Assembly (NCBI GenBank): GCA_963758635.1
Contig: CAVWWD010000003.1
Location: 416,001-480,000 of the forward strand
DNA from: an uncultured Candidatus Rokubacteria bacterium
GTDB taxonomy: Bacteria > Methylomirabilota > Methylomirabilia > Rokubacteriales > CSP1-6
Length of the DNA: 64,000 nt
Direction of reading: 5' to 3'
Made by a program: the position numbers and the translations under genes. Below the pieces are notes generated by a model. That model had not been told where the DNA came from, did no database searches, and worked only from the letters and a program-made list of their open reading frames with translations. Shown here piece after piece: positions 1-10,484 of this stretch. How positions within the stretch are numbered: position 1 is the stretch's first letter; each line of letters starts with the position of its first letter.

Positions 1-382
1 CGTCTACACGTGGGCTCCGTCCCCCGCGGCCGACTCCGAGGCGTTCAAGCGGCTCGGCAAGGCGCTGGGCGCCGCGGACGTGGACCCGTACTCCGCGCAG
101 TGCCACGACCACATCAGCCTGGTGGTCCTCGCCATCGCGCGGGCGAAGGGTGACGCCACCGGCGCCGCGATCAAGGACGCGATCCGCCGCATCTCCCAGG
201 GCGCCGGCACCCGCGTCGACAACGCCGTCGACGGGTTGAAGCTCCTGGCCCAGGGCCGCGACATCAACTACGAGGGCGCCAGCGGCCCGTGCGACTTCAA
301 CGAGGCCGGCGACATCCTCGACTGCAAGTTCCGCTACGAGCAGGCCGAGAAGGGGAAGTTCAAGCTTCTCCGCATCGGCTGA
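1..382 (+). CDS. Branched-chain amino acid ABC substrate-binding protein, C-terminal part (5' truncated by window)
   Basis: INYEGASGPCDFNEAGD C-terminus typical of Liv-type SBPs; upstream of LivH/LivM-like permeases. Confidence 0.75.
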   Translation, partial: VYTWAPSPAADSEAFKRLGKALGAADVDPYSAQCHDHISLVVLAIARAKGDATGAAIKDAIRRISQGAGTRVDNAVDGLKLLAQGRDINYEGASGPCDFNEAGDILDCKFRYEQAEKGKFKLLRIG

Positions 383-388
383 AGGTCG

Positions 389-1814
389 ATGGAGTCGACG
401 CTCTCCGGTCGCGACCGCGGCTGTCCCATCCTCGGCGCCCTGGCCGTGGCCGTGGCCGCGCTGGTCGGGGCGGCATCGGTGTCAGGCGCAGGCGTAGCCC
501 GTGTCGCCGAGGCCGCGTCACACGGCAACGAGCTGCCTCGCAAAGGGTATCTCGGGTTGCGGCTCGCCCCGCTTCCCACCGATGCCGGCGCGCGCGAGAA
601 GCTGGGCGCCGTCGCCGGCGTCGTGGTCGAGGGTGTCGTCCCGGGCACCACGGCCGAGGTGAGCGGGATCCAGACCGGCGACGTCCTCGTCGCGATGGAT
701 GGCAAGACCATCATCGGCGTCGTCGACATGATGTCGAGGGTCGGCGGGCTTGCGACGGGCCGGCACTTCGAGCTCACGGTCCTCCGTGGCGGCAAGCGGA
801 TGACCCTGCCCGTGACGCTCCGGGAGCGGCCGCGGGACAAGGGCGCGAACTTCGACGTGCTGTACGAGCACGTCGTGAGCCGCGGCGCGCGCATCCGGGT
901 GCTGGTCAGCCGGCCGCACGCCCCGGGCCGGCACCCCGCGCTGGTCCTGATGCAGGGCCTCGGGCCGGCCACGGTCGACGCGCCGCTGTCCGGTCCCGAG
1001 CCTTACAGCCGCATCCTCGCCGACTTCGCCCAGCGCGGCTGGGTGACCGTGCGCGTGGAGCGGCCGGGGATCGGCGACAGCGAGGGCGGCCCGTTCGCCG
1101 ACGTGGACTTCGAGGCCGACCTCGACGCGTTCCGGCGGGCGCTCGGCTCCGTCCGCGCGTACAGCTTCGTGAACCCGGACGACGTCTTCGTCTTCGGCCA
1201 CAGCCTGGGGGGCGTGTTCGCGCCGATCCTCGCCGCCGAGGTCCCGGTCCGGGGCATCGCCGTGTACGGTACCGTGGCCAAGACCTGGCCGGAGTACTTC
1301 CTGGAGACGTGGCGGCGCCAGGGCGTCCTCGCCGGCGACGATCCGTCCGCGATCGACACGGCGCAGCGGCACCTCGCCGTGGCGCTGCACGAGCTGCTGG
1401 TGAGGCGGCGACCGCTCGACGAGGTGTTCAGGACCCGGCCCGACCTGCGGCCGCTCCTCGCCAAGCTCGCGCCCGGCGGCCGGATCGTCGGCCGGTCCCT
1501 GACGTTCTGGACGCAGCTCACCGCGCGGAGCCTGCCCGCGGCGTGGGCGAAGGGCCACGCGTCGGTGCTGGCGATCTGGGGGACGAACGACTTCGTCTCG
1601 TCCCGCGACGACCATGCGTTCATCGCGGAGATCGTCAACCGGGGCCGGGCCGGCAAGGGCGCCTTCGTCGCGCTCGAGGGCGCCGACCACGGCTTCTGGC
1701 GGACGACGTCGATCGAGGACAGCTACCGCCGCGGGAGCGCGGGGCGGGGAGTTCAACGCCGACATCGTCACGACGCTCCGGGAGTGGGCGGAGAAGGTCC
1801 GGGCGGGCCGGTGA
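389..1814 (+). CDS. Signal peptide + PDZ domain + alpha/beta hydrolase; frameshift near 1740-1750
   Basis: GYLGLRL...GIQTGDVLVAMDG PDZ; GHSLG nucleophile motif; GADH; alternative-frame tail ends at TGA 1812-1814, overlapping the next ATG. Confidence 0.75.
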
Positions 1815-2677
1815 TGGGCGAGGTCCTGCAGCTCGTCGTCAACGGCCTGGTGGCGGGCGCCGTGCTCGCCGTGCCCGCCATCGGGTTCACCGCGATCTAC
1901 GCCGTCCTGCGCTTTCCGAATTTCACCGTGGCCTCGCACGCGACCATCGGGGCCTTCGCCGGGTACGTCGCCAACACGAGCGGCGGGCTTCCCGCGTGGG
2001 CGGCGGTGGTCGTGGCGTTCCTGGTGGCGGGCGCGGCCGGCGTGGTCAACGACGAGCTGGTCCTCAAGCCGCTGCGCCCGGCCGGCGCCCTCACCGCGGC
2101 CATCGCCGCCGTCGCGCTCACGATCGTGCTGGAGAACGTCGTGCGCTTCGTGTTCGGCAACGACCTGCGCGGCTACGACCTCCCCATCCGGCGCGACTGG
2201 CAGGTGGCGGGCATCCGCGTCGGCCCCCAGCAGGTGCAGAACCTGGCGATCGCCGTGGCCGCCATGACCGCGGTCTTCCTCTTCCTGGCCTTCACGCGGC
2301 TGGGCAAGGCCATGCGTGCCGTCGCCGATAATCCGATGCTGGCCGGGATCAAGGGGATCAACGCCGACAGCGTGGCCCGGCTCGTGAACTTCGTCGGGAT
2401 GGGGCTGGCCGGCGTCGGCGGGATGCTGCTCGGGCTGGACACGAGCATCGACCCGCTCACGGGCTTCCGCGTGATCCTCTCCGTCTTCGCCGCCGCCGTC
2501 GTCGGCGGGCTCGGCAGCATCCCGGGCGCGGTGGTGGGCGCCCTCACCATCGGCGTGGCCGAGGAGCTATCGCTGCTTTCCCTCGCCCCGGCCTACCGCA
2601 CCGCGGTGGGCTTCTTCGCGATCCTGGTCGTCCTCACCCTCCGCCCTCGCGGCCTCCTGGGGGAGCGGGCGTACTGA
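1814..2677 (+). CDS. livH: Branched-chain amino acid ABC permease (LivH-like)
   Basis: LQLVVNGL start, GKAMRAVADN, VVGGLGSIPGA motifs. Confidence 0.85.
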   Translation: MGEVLQLVVNGLVAGAVLAVPAIGFTAIYAVLRFPNFTVASHATIGAFAGYVANTSGGLPAWAAVVVAFLVAGAAGVVNDELVLKPLRPAGALTAAIAAVALTIVLENVVRFVFGNDLRGYDLPIRRDWQVAGIRVGPQQVQNLAIAVAAMTAVFLFLAFTRLGKAMRAVADNPMLAGIKGINADSVARLVNFVGMGLAGVGGMLLGLDTSIDPLTGFRVILSVFAAAVVGGLGSIPGAVVGALTIGVAEELSLLSLAPAYRTAVGFFAILVVLTLRPRGLLGERAY

Positions 2678-2732
2678 GAGCCATGAAAGAGCGATGTGTC
2701 GAAGCAGCGGACCCGCACGTGGTGGTGGGGGC

Positions 2733-2762
2733 GTGGGGGAGGAGCGGCGCCGCTCCCCCCAC
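2733..2762. repeat. Near-perfect 30-bp palindrome (REP-like) between livH and livM
   Basis: GTGGGGGAGGAGCGGCGCCGCTCCCCCCAC is almost its own reverse complement. Confidence 0.6.
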
Positions 2763-2765
2763 CTA

Positions 2766-3683
2766 ATGGAAAACTACCTGATCGCGATGGCGACCTTCGC
2801 GGGCATCTACGCGCTGCTCGCGCTGGGCCTGAACCTCGTGTGGGGCCTGGGCGGCATGATCAACCTGGGCCTCGTCGGCTTCTTCGCGTTCGGCGCCTAC
2901 GTCTCGGCGCTCCTCACCAAGAAGCTCGGTGTCCCCATCGCCGCCGGCCTCGTCGCGGCCATGATCGCCACCGCGGCGGCGGGCGCCGTGATGGCGGTGA
3001 CGACGGCGCGCCTGCGCGGGGACTACCTCGCCATCATCACGCTCGGGTTCTCGGAGGTCGTCCGGATCACCGCGAGCAACGAGATCTGGCTCACGAACGG
3101 CACCGACGGCATCTCCGGCATCCCCGGGCCCTACCGGGGGCGGGTGACGCCGGAGGCCTTCAACCTGATCTTCCTCGTCATCGTGGCGGTGGTGGTGGCC
3201 GCGCTCTACCTGGTGCTCGAGCGGGTGCGGCGCTCGCCCTACGGCCGCGTGCTCCGCGCCATCCGCGACGACGACCAGGTGGCGGCGGTGGCGGGCAAGC
3301 CCGTCCTCGCGTTCAAGGTCGAGTCGTTCGCGGTGAGCGCGGCCGTCCTCGGGCTGGCCGGCGGCCTCTACGGTCACTACACGTCCTACATCGCTCCGGA
3401 GGTGTTCGTGCCGCTGGTCAGCATCTACATCGTGCTCGCCCTCACCGCCGGTGGCACCGGTAGCAATCGCGGGGCGGTGGTGGGGGCCGTCCTCGTCGTG
3501 TTCTTCCTCGAGTCGGCGCGCTTCGCCACGGGCTGGCTGCCCGGCCTCCGGCCCGTGCAGGTGGCGGCGGTGCGCGAGCTCCTGATCGGCGCGAGCCTGA
3601 TCCTCGTCCTCCGCTTCCGGCCCGCCGGCCTCCTGCCCGAGCGGATCGAGGCGGTGCCGCGGCCGGCGGAGGCCGCGTCGTGA
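2766..3683 (+). CDS. livM: Branched-chain amino acid ABC permease (LivM-like)
   Basis: LRGDYLAIITLGF, SPYGRVLRAIRDD motifs. Confidence 0.85.
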   Translation: MENYLIAMATFAGIYALLALGLNLVWGLGGMINLGLVGFFAFGAYVSALLTKKLGVPIAAGLVAAMIATAAAGAVMAVTTARLRGDYLAIITLGFSEVVRITASNEIWLTNGTDGISGIPGPYRGRVTPEAFNLIFLVIVAVVVAALYLVLERVRRSPYGRVLRAIRDDDQVAAVAGKPVLAFKVESFAVSAAVLGLAGGLYGHYTSYIAPEVFVPLVSIYIVLALTAGGTGSNRGAVVGAVLVVFFLESARFATGWLPGLRPVQVAAVRELLIGASLILVLRFRPAGLLPERIEAVPRPAEAAS

Positions 3684-4186
3684 GCGCGCCCGGGCGCGGG
3701 CCCCGTCCCGATCCGCTCCCGCACCTCGGCGCGGTGGCCGCCGCCGTCGCCGGGCCCGGCCAGCCCGAGGCCACGTTCCGCGCCCTGGACGCGGCGATGG
3801 CCGCGGCGATCGGGCACCGCCTGTTCACGGTGCTCCTGCGCCACGCCGACGCGTCGGAGCGGCGCTACACGAACCAGCCCGCCGCCTATCCCGTGGGCGG
3901 CCGCAAGCCGGTGACGCCCAGCGCGTGGACCGAGCGCGTGTTCGTCCGCCGCGAGCCCTACATCGGACGCGACGCCGCGGACATCCGCTCCGTGTTCTTC
4001 GACCACGAGCTGATCGCGTCGCTCGGCTGCGCGTCGGTGATCAACCTGCCCGTGGTCTGGGACGGCCGCGTGCTGGGCACGATCAACCTCCTCCACGAGG
4101 CGGGCTGGTACGATGAATCCGACGTGCCCATCGGGCTCGCGTTCGCCGCGCTCGCCGTCCCCGCCTACCTCACGCTGATCCGCTGA
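3680..4186 (+). CDS. Stand-alone GAF domain protein
   Basis: SVINLPVVWDGRVLGTINLL GAF C-terminal motif; GTGA overlap with livM. Confidence 0.7.
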   Translation: MSAPGRGPRPDPLPHLGAVAAAVAGPGQPEATFRALDAAMAAAIGHRLFTVLLRHADASERRYTNQPAAYPVGGRKPVTPSAWTERVFVRREPYIGRDAADIRSVFFDHELIASLGCASVINLPVVWDGRVLGTINLLHEAGWYDESDVPIGLAFAALAVPAYLTLIR

Positions 4187-4253
4187 GGCGTCGATGGACC
4201 GGCGCTCCCGGCGCCGGCGCGCGCCCGGCCCCGCACGTCTCAAGGAGGCGTGC

Positions 4254-5378
4254 ATGATCCACTTCCGGACCATCGCTGGCGCCCTCGCCCTCTGCCTGGC
4301 CGTGGAGGCGCCCGCCCCCGCGGCCGCCGCCGTCGACGACCGCTACCTCACCGGCTACGCCACCGCCGTCCTCGAGCGTCAGTTCGGGCTCACCAGCCGG
4401 ACGCTCCGGATCCGGGACGGCGTGCTCTCGGTGGGCGCGGAGGACCTGGGTGACCCCGTCAGACGCGAGGAGGTCCTGAAGGCCCTCTCCGCGATCGACG
4501 GCGTCAAGCGCGTGCAGGTGCAGGAGGGCCCGCCCGGCGCGGCGCCGGTCGCCGTGTCCACGAGCGCGGCGCCCGGCGGATGGAAGGCGCCGGACACCGG
4601 GCTGATGCCCGGCGGCCACCTCTTCAACCCGCTGACCGCGGATCCGCGCTGGCCCCACTTCGCCGCGAGCTACCAGTACTACCTCGACGACCCTCAGCTC
4701 GCCAGCGCGGCCACGGTGAGCTTCGGCGAGATGTTCAGCCTCTACCGGGGGGCGGCGGGTCCGGGCTTCTGGGAGGTGGGGGTCCAGGCGGGCGTGTTCG
4801 CCCTCTTCGATCTCGACGCGAGCTCGAAGGACCTCATCAACGCCGACTACTTCGTGGCGGGCTTCGCGGCCTATCGGCTGGACCGCTTCTCCGCGCTCGC
4901 CCGCATCTTCCACCAGAGCAGCCACCTCGGCGACGAGTTCCTGCTGCGGACGCGGACGGAGCGCATCAACCTGAGCTACGAGGGCGTGGACGCGAAGGTG
5001 TCGATCGAGCTCTTCGACTGGCTACGCGACGACTACGAGCACGGCACGCCGGTGCGCGTCTACGCGGGCGGGGGATACCTCTTCCACGTGGATCCGTCCG
5101 GCATCCGGCCCTGGTCCGCGCAGTACGGCGTCGAGCTCCGGAGCCCGTGGACGATCGGGCGGCACGTCCGCCCCATCGTCGCCGTCAACGTCCAGCACCG
5201 CGAGGAGAACGACTGGTCCGCGGACGTCTCGGTGCGCGCGGGCATCCAGATCGACGGCGTGCTGCTCACGCGCAACATGCAGATCCTGCTCGAGTGGTAC
5301 CAGGGCCACTCGCCCAACGGGCAGTTCTTTCGGCAGCGGATCGAGTACCTCGGCCTCGGCGTGCACTTCCATTTCTGA
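4254..5378 (+). CDS. DUF1207-like exported/outer-membrane protein
   Basis: AAGGAGG RBS, signal peptide, FNPLTADPRWP, DLINADY, HQSSHLGDEF, C-terminal Phe. Confidence 0.65.
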   Translation: MIHFRTIAGALALCLAVEAPAPAAAAVDDRYLTGYATAVLERQFGLTSRTLRIRDGVLSVGAEDLGDPVRREEVLKALSAIDGVKRVQVQEGPPGAAPVAVSTSAAPGGWKAPDTGLMPGGHLFNPLTADPRWPHFAASYQYYLDDPQLASAATVSFGEMFSLYRGAAGPGFWEVGVQAGVFALFDLDASSKDLINADYFVAGFAAYRLDRFSALARIFHQSSHLGDEFLLRTRTERINLSYEGVDAKVSIELFDWLRDDYEHGTPVRVYAGGGYLFHVDPSGIRPWSAQYGVELRSPWTIGRHVRPIVAVNVQHREENDWSADVSVRAGIQIDGVLLTRNMQILLEWYQGHSPNGQFFRQRIEYLGLGVHFHF

Positions 5379-5411
5379 GGCGTCGTTCGCGTACCGGCCG
5401 GAGCCCGCGGC

Positions 5412-6281
5412 TCACGACTGCCCGCGGTACCACTCGTAGATCTCCTCGCCGGTGGCGAGCCAGACCCCCTTGTGCTTGCGGATGTAGTCGTAGACCGCCT
5501 CGAAGTACTTGATCCGGTGCGGCACGCCCGAGATGTAGGGGTGCACGGCCAGGGCCATCACGCGCGGGTTCTTCGCGCCCTCCGCGTAGAGGCGGTCGAA
5601 CTGGTCCTTCGCGCGCTGGAGCCACTCCGCCGACGAGTGGTGCTGGATGACCATCATGGGGATGTCGTTCAGCTCGAGGGTGTACGGCACCGACACGAGC
5701 GGGCCCGCGCTGGTCCGGATGCGGTACGGCTGGTCGTCGTTCACCCAGTCCGAGACGTACTCGATGCCCTCCTCGGCGAGGATGTCGAGCGTCTCCCACG
5801 TCTCGGTGAGGCCGGGCCCGAGCCAGCCTTTCGGCTTCTTGCCCGTGAACTTGACGATGATCTCGATCGACTCGCGGATGGCCGCGCGCTGGTCGGGGAG
5901 CAGATGCAGGGCCCCCTGCACGACGCCGTGGCCCATGAACTCCCAGCCCGCGTCCAGCATGGCGCGGGCCACCGGCTCGTAGGACTCGCACACCCGCGCG
6001 TTGATCGACGTGGTGGCGCGGATCTTCCGCCGGCCCAGCGCCTCGAGGAGGCGCCAGAAGCCCACGCGCATCCCGTACTCGTGCCAGGCCCAGTTGGGCA
6101 CGTCGGGGACGGTGGTGACGCCCTGGGGCGCGGTGAGGTACTGGCGCGCCATGGCGCGCTCGATGTCCCACTCCTCGATGTTGACGATGGTCCACACCGC
6201 GATGCGCGCGCCTTTCGGCAGCTTCCACCGCGGGCGGGCGGACATGGGCGAGTAGTCGAAGCGCTCGCGCGGCAGTCTCAT
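5412..6281 (-). CDS. Polysaccharide deacetylase family (PuuE allantoinase-like)
   Basis: WHEYGMRVGFWR, EFMGHG, GWLGPG, DDQPY, HPYISGVPHR. Confidence 0.8.
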   Translation of the reverse strand: MRLPRERFDYSPMSARPRWKLPKGARIAVWTIVNIEEWDIERAMARQYLTAPQGVTTVPDVPNWAWHEYGMRVGFWRLLEALGRRKIRATTSINARVCESYEPVARAMLDAGWEFMGHGVVQGALHLLPDQRAAIRESIEIIVKFTGKKPKGWLGPGLTETWETLDILAEEGIEYVSDWVNDDQPYRIRTSAGPLVSVPYTLELNDIPMMVIQHHSSAEWLQRAKDQFDRLYAEGAKNPRVMALAVHPYISGVPHRIKYFEAVYDYIRKHKGVWLATGEEIYEWYRGQS

Positions 6282-6439
6282 GGCCGTCTCTCTCCTCTCG
6301 TCGCCGGCGTGGCCGGCGGTGGCCCCGATGATACGGCATGGGGCGGCGCCGCTTCCTGGCCTCTGCCGTTCATAGTAGAATGCCGCGCCATGGACCGCGT
6401 CGCCCCGGCCGGTCTCCGCCGACGGGCTGTGAAGGAGTG

Positions 6440-6500
6440 CGGTGACGCCGTGCGGCCAACCCGCGATTCTGCTACACACGCGGACCGTCTCGCCATTCAT
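6440..6500 (-). repeat. Copy 1 of ~65-bp intergenic element (inverted relative to 8316-8382)
   Basis: Minus strand reads ATGAATGGCGAGACGG...GTGTA..GAATCGCGG.GTTG.CCGC, matching 8316-8382. Confidence 0.75.
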
Positions 6501-6528
6501 CCACAATCGCGTGAGCGGTAGCGTCCCG

Positions 6529-7383
6529 ATGGAGTTCCTCGTCAACCAGACGTTCAACGGCGTGTCGTACGGCGCGCTGCTCTTCCTGCTCGCGGGCGGG
6601 CTCTCGCTCATCTTCGGCATGATGCGCATCGTGAACATGACCCACGGCTCCTACTATCTGCTCGGCGGCTACGTGGCCCTCACCGCGATGTGGAACGGCG
6701 GGCACTACCTGGTCGCCATGGTGGTGGCCGCGCTCGCCATCTCGCTGATCGGCGTGGCGGAGTGGAACGCGTTCCTCAAGCGCCTCTCCGGCCAGGAGCT
6801 GGGCCAGGTCCTCACCACGATGGGCTTCGCCCTGATCTTCCAGGACCTCGCGCTCGTGCTGTGGGGGGGCGACCCGTACACGATCCCGATCCCCGCCGTG
6901 CTCTCGGGCAGCGTCACGTCGGGGCCGTTCACGTTTCCGGTCTACCGGATCTTCATCGTCGGCGTGGCCCTGTTCGTGGCGGTGGTCCTGTGGCTGGTGC
7001 TCGAGCGCACGCGGATCGGGGCGATGATGCGGGCCACGGTGGACGACCCCGAGATGGCGCGGGGGGTGGGCATCAACGTGTTCTTGATCTCGATGGGCGT
7101 CTTCTGCCTCGGCGCGAGCCTCGCCGCGGTGGCGGGGGTGGTGGCGGGCGGCTTCGTCGGCGTCTACCCCGGCGCGGACTTCGAGATCCTCCCGTACGCG
7201 TTCGTGGTGGTCATCGTGGGCGGCATGGGCAGCCTCAAGGGCGCGGTGATCGGCAGCCTGATGGTCGGCCTCCTCGACAACTTCGGGAAGGCGCTCTTCC
7301 CGGAGCTGTCGTACTTCACGCTGTTCGCGCCGATGGCCCTCATCCTCGCGGTGCGGCCCACCGGGCTGTTCGGGCGGGTCTGA
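6529..7383 (+). CDS. livH: Branched-chain amino acid ABC permease (LivH-like)
   Basis: GLSLIFGMMRIVNMTHG, IVGGMGSLKGA. Confidence 0.88.
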   Translation: MEFLVNQTFNGVSYGALLFLLAGGLSLIFGMMRIVNMTHGSYYLLGGYVALTAMWNGGHYLVAMVVAALAISLIGVAEWNAFLKRLSGQELGQVLTTMGFALIFQDLALVLWGGDPYTIPIPAVLSGSVTSGPFTFPVYRIFIVGVALFVAVVLWLVLERTRIGAMMRATVDDPEMARGVGINVFLISMGVFCLGASLAAVAGVVAGGFVGVYPGADFEILPYAFVVVIVGGMGSLKGAVIGSLMVGLLDNFGKALFPELSYFTLFAPMALILAVRPTGLFGRV

Positions 7384-8315
7384 TGGCGGGCGCCCTCGTC
7401 GGCCCGGCCATCGTGCTCGCCGGGCTCGTGGTCGCCCCGCCGTTCCTCTCTGGCTTCATGCTCACGCTGCTGACGCAGGCCATCATCTACGCCATCCTCG
7501 CCATGAGCCTGGACCTGATCCTCGGCTACACCGGGCTCTCGTCGCTGGGCCACGCCGCGTATCTCGGCCTCGGCGCCTATAGCGTGGGCATCCTCACCAC
7601 GCGCCACGGCGCCGGGTTCTGGACGACGCTGATCGTCGGCGTCCTCGTCGCCGCGGCGGTGGCCGCGGTGTTCGGCCTCGTCGCGCTGCGCGCGACCGGC
7701 GTGTACTTCCTCATGATCACCCTCGCCCTCGGCATGGTGGTCTGGGGCCTCGCGCACCGCTGGGTGTCGCTCACCCAGGGCGACAACGGCATCTCCTCCG
7801 TCCCGCGCCCCCGCGGCCTGCCCGTCACGCTCACCGACGCCGTCCCCTACTACTACTTCGCGCTCGCCGGCTTCGTCGTCGCCTTCGTCGTCCTGCGGAC
7901 GGTGGTGCGCTCGCCCTTCGGCCGCACGCTCGTGGGGATCCGCGAGAGCGAGTCGCGCATGCGCACGCTCGGCTATCACGTGTGGCTGCACAAGTACGTG
8001 GGCTTCATGATCGCGGGCGCGGTGGGCGGCTTCGCCGGCGTCTTCTGGGGCTACTACAACGGCTTCGTGAGCCCCAGCGACCTCGAGCTGGCCACGTCGG
8101 TGGAGACGCTCCTCATGGTGGCGCTCGGCGGCCGCGGCACCCTCCTGGGCCCCGCGCTGGGCGCGCTGCTCATCGTGCTGCTCAAGAACCTCGTCTCCGT
8201 GTACACCCAACGATGGCTCCTCATCCTGGGCGCGGTGTACATCGGAACCATCGTCTACGCGCCCGAAGGCATCGTGGGAGCCGTCCGGCAGCTCCGGACC
8301 TCGAAGAGAACGTGA
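7383..8315 (+). CDS. livM: Branched-chain amino acid ABC permease (LivM-like)
   Basis: SLDLILGYTGLSSLGHAA, YFLMITLA, SPFGRTLVGIRESE; TGATG coupling. Confidence 0.88.
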   Translation: MAGALVGPAIVLAGLVVAPPFLSGFMLTLLTQAIIYAILAMSLDLILGYTGLSSLGHAAYLGLGAYSVGILTTRHGAGFWTTLIVGVLVAAAVAAVFGLVALRATGVYFLMITLALGMVVWGLAHRWVSLTQGDNGISSVPRPRGLPVTLTDAVPYYYFALAGFVVAFVVLRTVVRSPFGRTLVGIRESESRMRTLGYHVWLHKYVGFMIAGAVGGFAGVFWGYYNGFVSPSDLELATSVETLLMVALGGRGTLLGPALGALLIVLLKNLVSVYTQRWLLILGAVYIGTIVYAPEGIVGAVRQLRTSKRT

Positions 8316-8382
8316 ATGAATGGCGAGACGGCTCGCCGCGTGTACGCGGAATCGCGGTGTTGCCCGCGCGCCGACGTCAACG
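8316..8382 (+). repeat. Copy 2 of ~65-bp intergenic element
   Basis: 16-bp exact match ATGAATGGCGAGACGG plus gapped similarity to revcomp of 6440-6500. Confidence 0.75.
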
Positions 8383-8422
8383 TCCGCACGTCTTCACCAC
8401 CTCGAAACAGGGAGGATCGCGC

Positions 8423-9689
8423 ATGAACACACGGCGAATGACCTCGCTCGTCGCGCTTGCCGCGCTCGTCGTCACGGTGGGCGTCGTCGTCACGGCGGGC
8501 TTCGTGGGAACCCCGGCGGAGGCGCAGAAAGGGCCGATCAAGGTGGGCCTGCTCGCGCCGACCACGGGCGGCGCGGCGCAGATCGGCAAGGACATGGTCA
8601 ACGGCTTCAACATGTGGCTGGAGGAGAACGGCGGGCAGATCGCCGGCCGCAAGGTCGAGGTGATCGTCGAGGACACCCAGGGCCAGCCCGCGCCCGCCCT
8701 CACGAAGCTGCGGAAGCTGGTGGAGAGCGACAAGGTGCACGTGCTCAGCGGCCTGCTCTTCGCTCACGTGGGCTACGCGCTGGCGCCCAAGGTGGACGAG
8801 TACAGGATCCCGATGCTCTACCCGGTGGTGTCGGCCGACGACCTGTCCCAGCGCAAGCCCGCGAAGTGGGTGGTGCGCACGGGCTGGACCTCCAGCCAGC
8901 CCAACCAGCCCTTCGGGGAGTACGTGGCCAAGACGCTCGGCTACAAGCGGATCGTCACCATCGCCAACGACTACGCGTTCGGGTGGGAGCAGGTCGCGGG
9001 CTTCCAGCGGACGTACGAGGAGAACGGCGGGCAGGTGGTGCAGAAGCTCTGGCCGCCGCTCGGCACCACCGACCTCGCCCCGTTCCTGTCCCAGATCCGC
9101 AAGGACGCCGACGCCGTCTTCGCGGTCATGGTGGCGGCGACCGCGCTCCGCTTCCCCAGGCAGTACCAGGACGCCGGGCTCAAGGCGAAGCTGCCGGTCA
9201 TCGGCGGCGGGACCACCTTCGACGAGTTCGTCCTCCCCTCGCTGGGGGATGAGGCCATCGGCGGCATCACGCCGCTCATCTACAGCGCGGCGCTCGACAC
9301 GCCGATCAACCGGCGCTTCGTGAAGGACTACCGCGCGAAGTTCGGCAAGGTTCCCTCGTACTACTCGGAGACCATGTACACGAGCGCCCGCTGGATCGCC
9401 GAGGCGGCCAAGGCGGCGGGCGGCGACCTGGAAGACCGCGAGAAGTTCCTCGCCGCGCTGCGCAAGGTGGAGATCCCCGACGCGCCCCGCGGCCCTCTGA
9501 AGCTGGACCAGTGGGGCGGCGTCGATCCAGAACATCTACGTGCGGAAGGTCGAGAAGAAGGACGGCGAGCTCTGGAACACCGTGATCCACACGTACCCCG
9601 CGGTCTCCCAGTTCTGGAAGTACAACCCCGAGGAGTTCCTGAAGCAGCCCGTCTACGACCGGAACAACCCGCCGTGCAAGCACTGCTGA
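8423..9689 (+). CDS. Liv-type ABC substrate-binding protein; frameshift near 9520
   Basis: GGGAGG RBS, signal peptide, PIKVGLL, DYAFGWE; second frame continues QNIYVRKV...PPCKHC*. Confidence 0.85.
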
Positions 9690-9696
9690 TCGCGGC

Positions 9697-10459
9697 GTGA
9701 GCGACTCCACGTCCATCGCGCTGTCGCTGACCGGGCTGGTGATGGAGTTCGGCGGCCTCCGCGCGGTGGACGGCGTCTCGCTGACGGTGCGGCCGGGGGA
9801 GCGCCGGGCCATCATCGGCCCCAACGGGGCGGGGAAGACCACGCTCTTCAGCCTCATCAGCGGCGAGCAGCGCCCGAGCGCGGGGACCATCGCGCTCTTC
9901 GGCCGCGACGTGACGCGGCTGCCTCCGTACCGGCGGGCCGCGCTCGGGCTCGCCCGCACGTACCAGATCACCAACCTGTTCCCGCGCCTGTCCGTGCTGG
10001 ACAACTGCCTGCTCGCCGCGCAGGCGCTGTCGCCCGTGAAGCACCACGTGCACCGGTCCATGGGCCGCTACCCGGAGATCGCCGAGCGCGCGCTCGCCGT
10101 GCTGGAGTCGGTGGGCCTCGCGGCCAAGCGCAACGCGACGGTGCGGAACCTCTCCCACGGGGAGCAGCGCCAGCTCGAGATCGCGCTCGCCCTCGCCGGC
10201 GCGCCCCGGCTCATCCTCCTCGACGAGCCCACCGCGGGCCTGTCGCCCGCGGAGAGCCTCATGATGACCGGAGCTCCTCAAGCGCCTGGATCCCGCCATC
10301 ACGCTGCTCGTCATCGAGCACGACATGGACGTGGCCTTCGCCCTCACCGACCGGATCACCGTGCTCCACTACGGCCGCGTGGTGGCCGACGGGCTCGCCG
10401 AGACGGTCAAGGCCGATCCCCTCGTGCAGGAGATCTACCTCGGGGGGAACGAGGCGTGA
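9697..10459 (+). CDS. livG: ABC ATPase (LivG-like); frameshift near 10268
   Basis: GPNGAGKTT, LSHGEQRQ, LLDEPTAG; second frame IEHDMD. Confidence 0.85.
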
Positions 10460-10484
10460 GCGCGGCGGGCCGAGGCCAGGGCTG

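Noticed and set aside
389..2677. Apparent PDZ-hydrolase-LivH fusion (762 aa)
   Set aside because: A frameshift near 1745 joins two genes; the alternative frame ends at a TGA overlapping the livH ATG
8321..8336. Sigma-54 promoter within the inverted element
   Set aside because: GG-to-GC spacing is off by one and TTGC is absent
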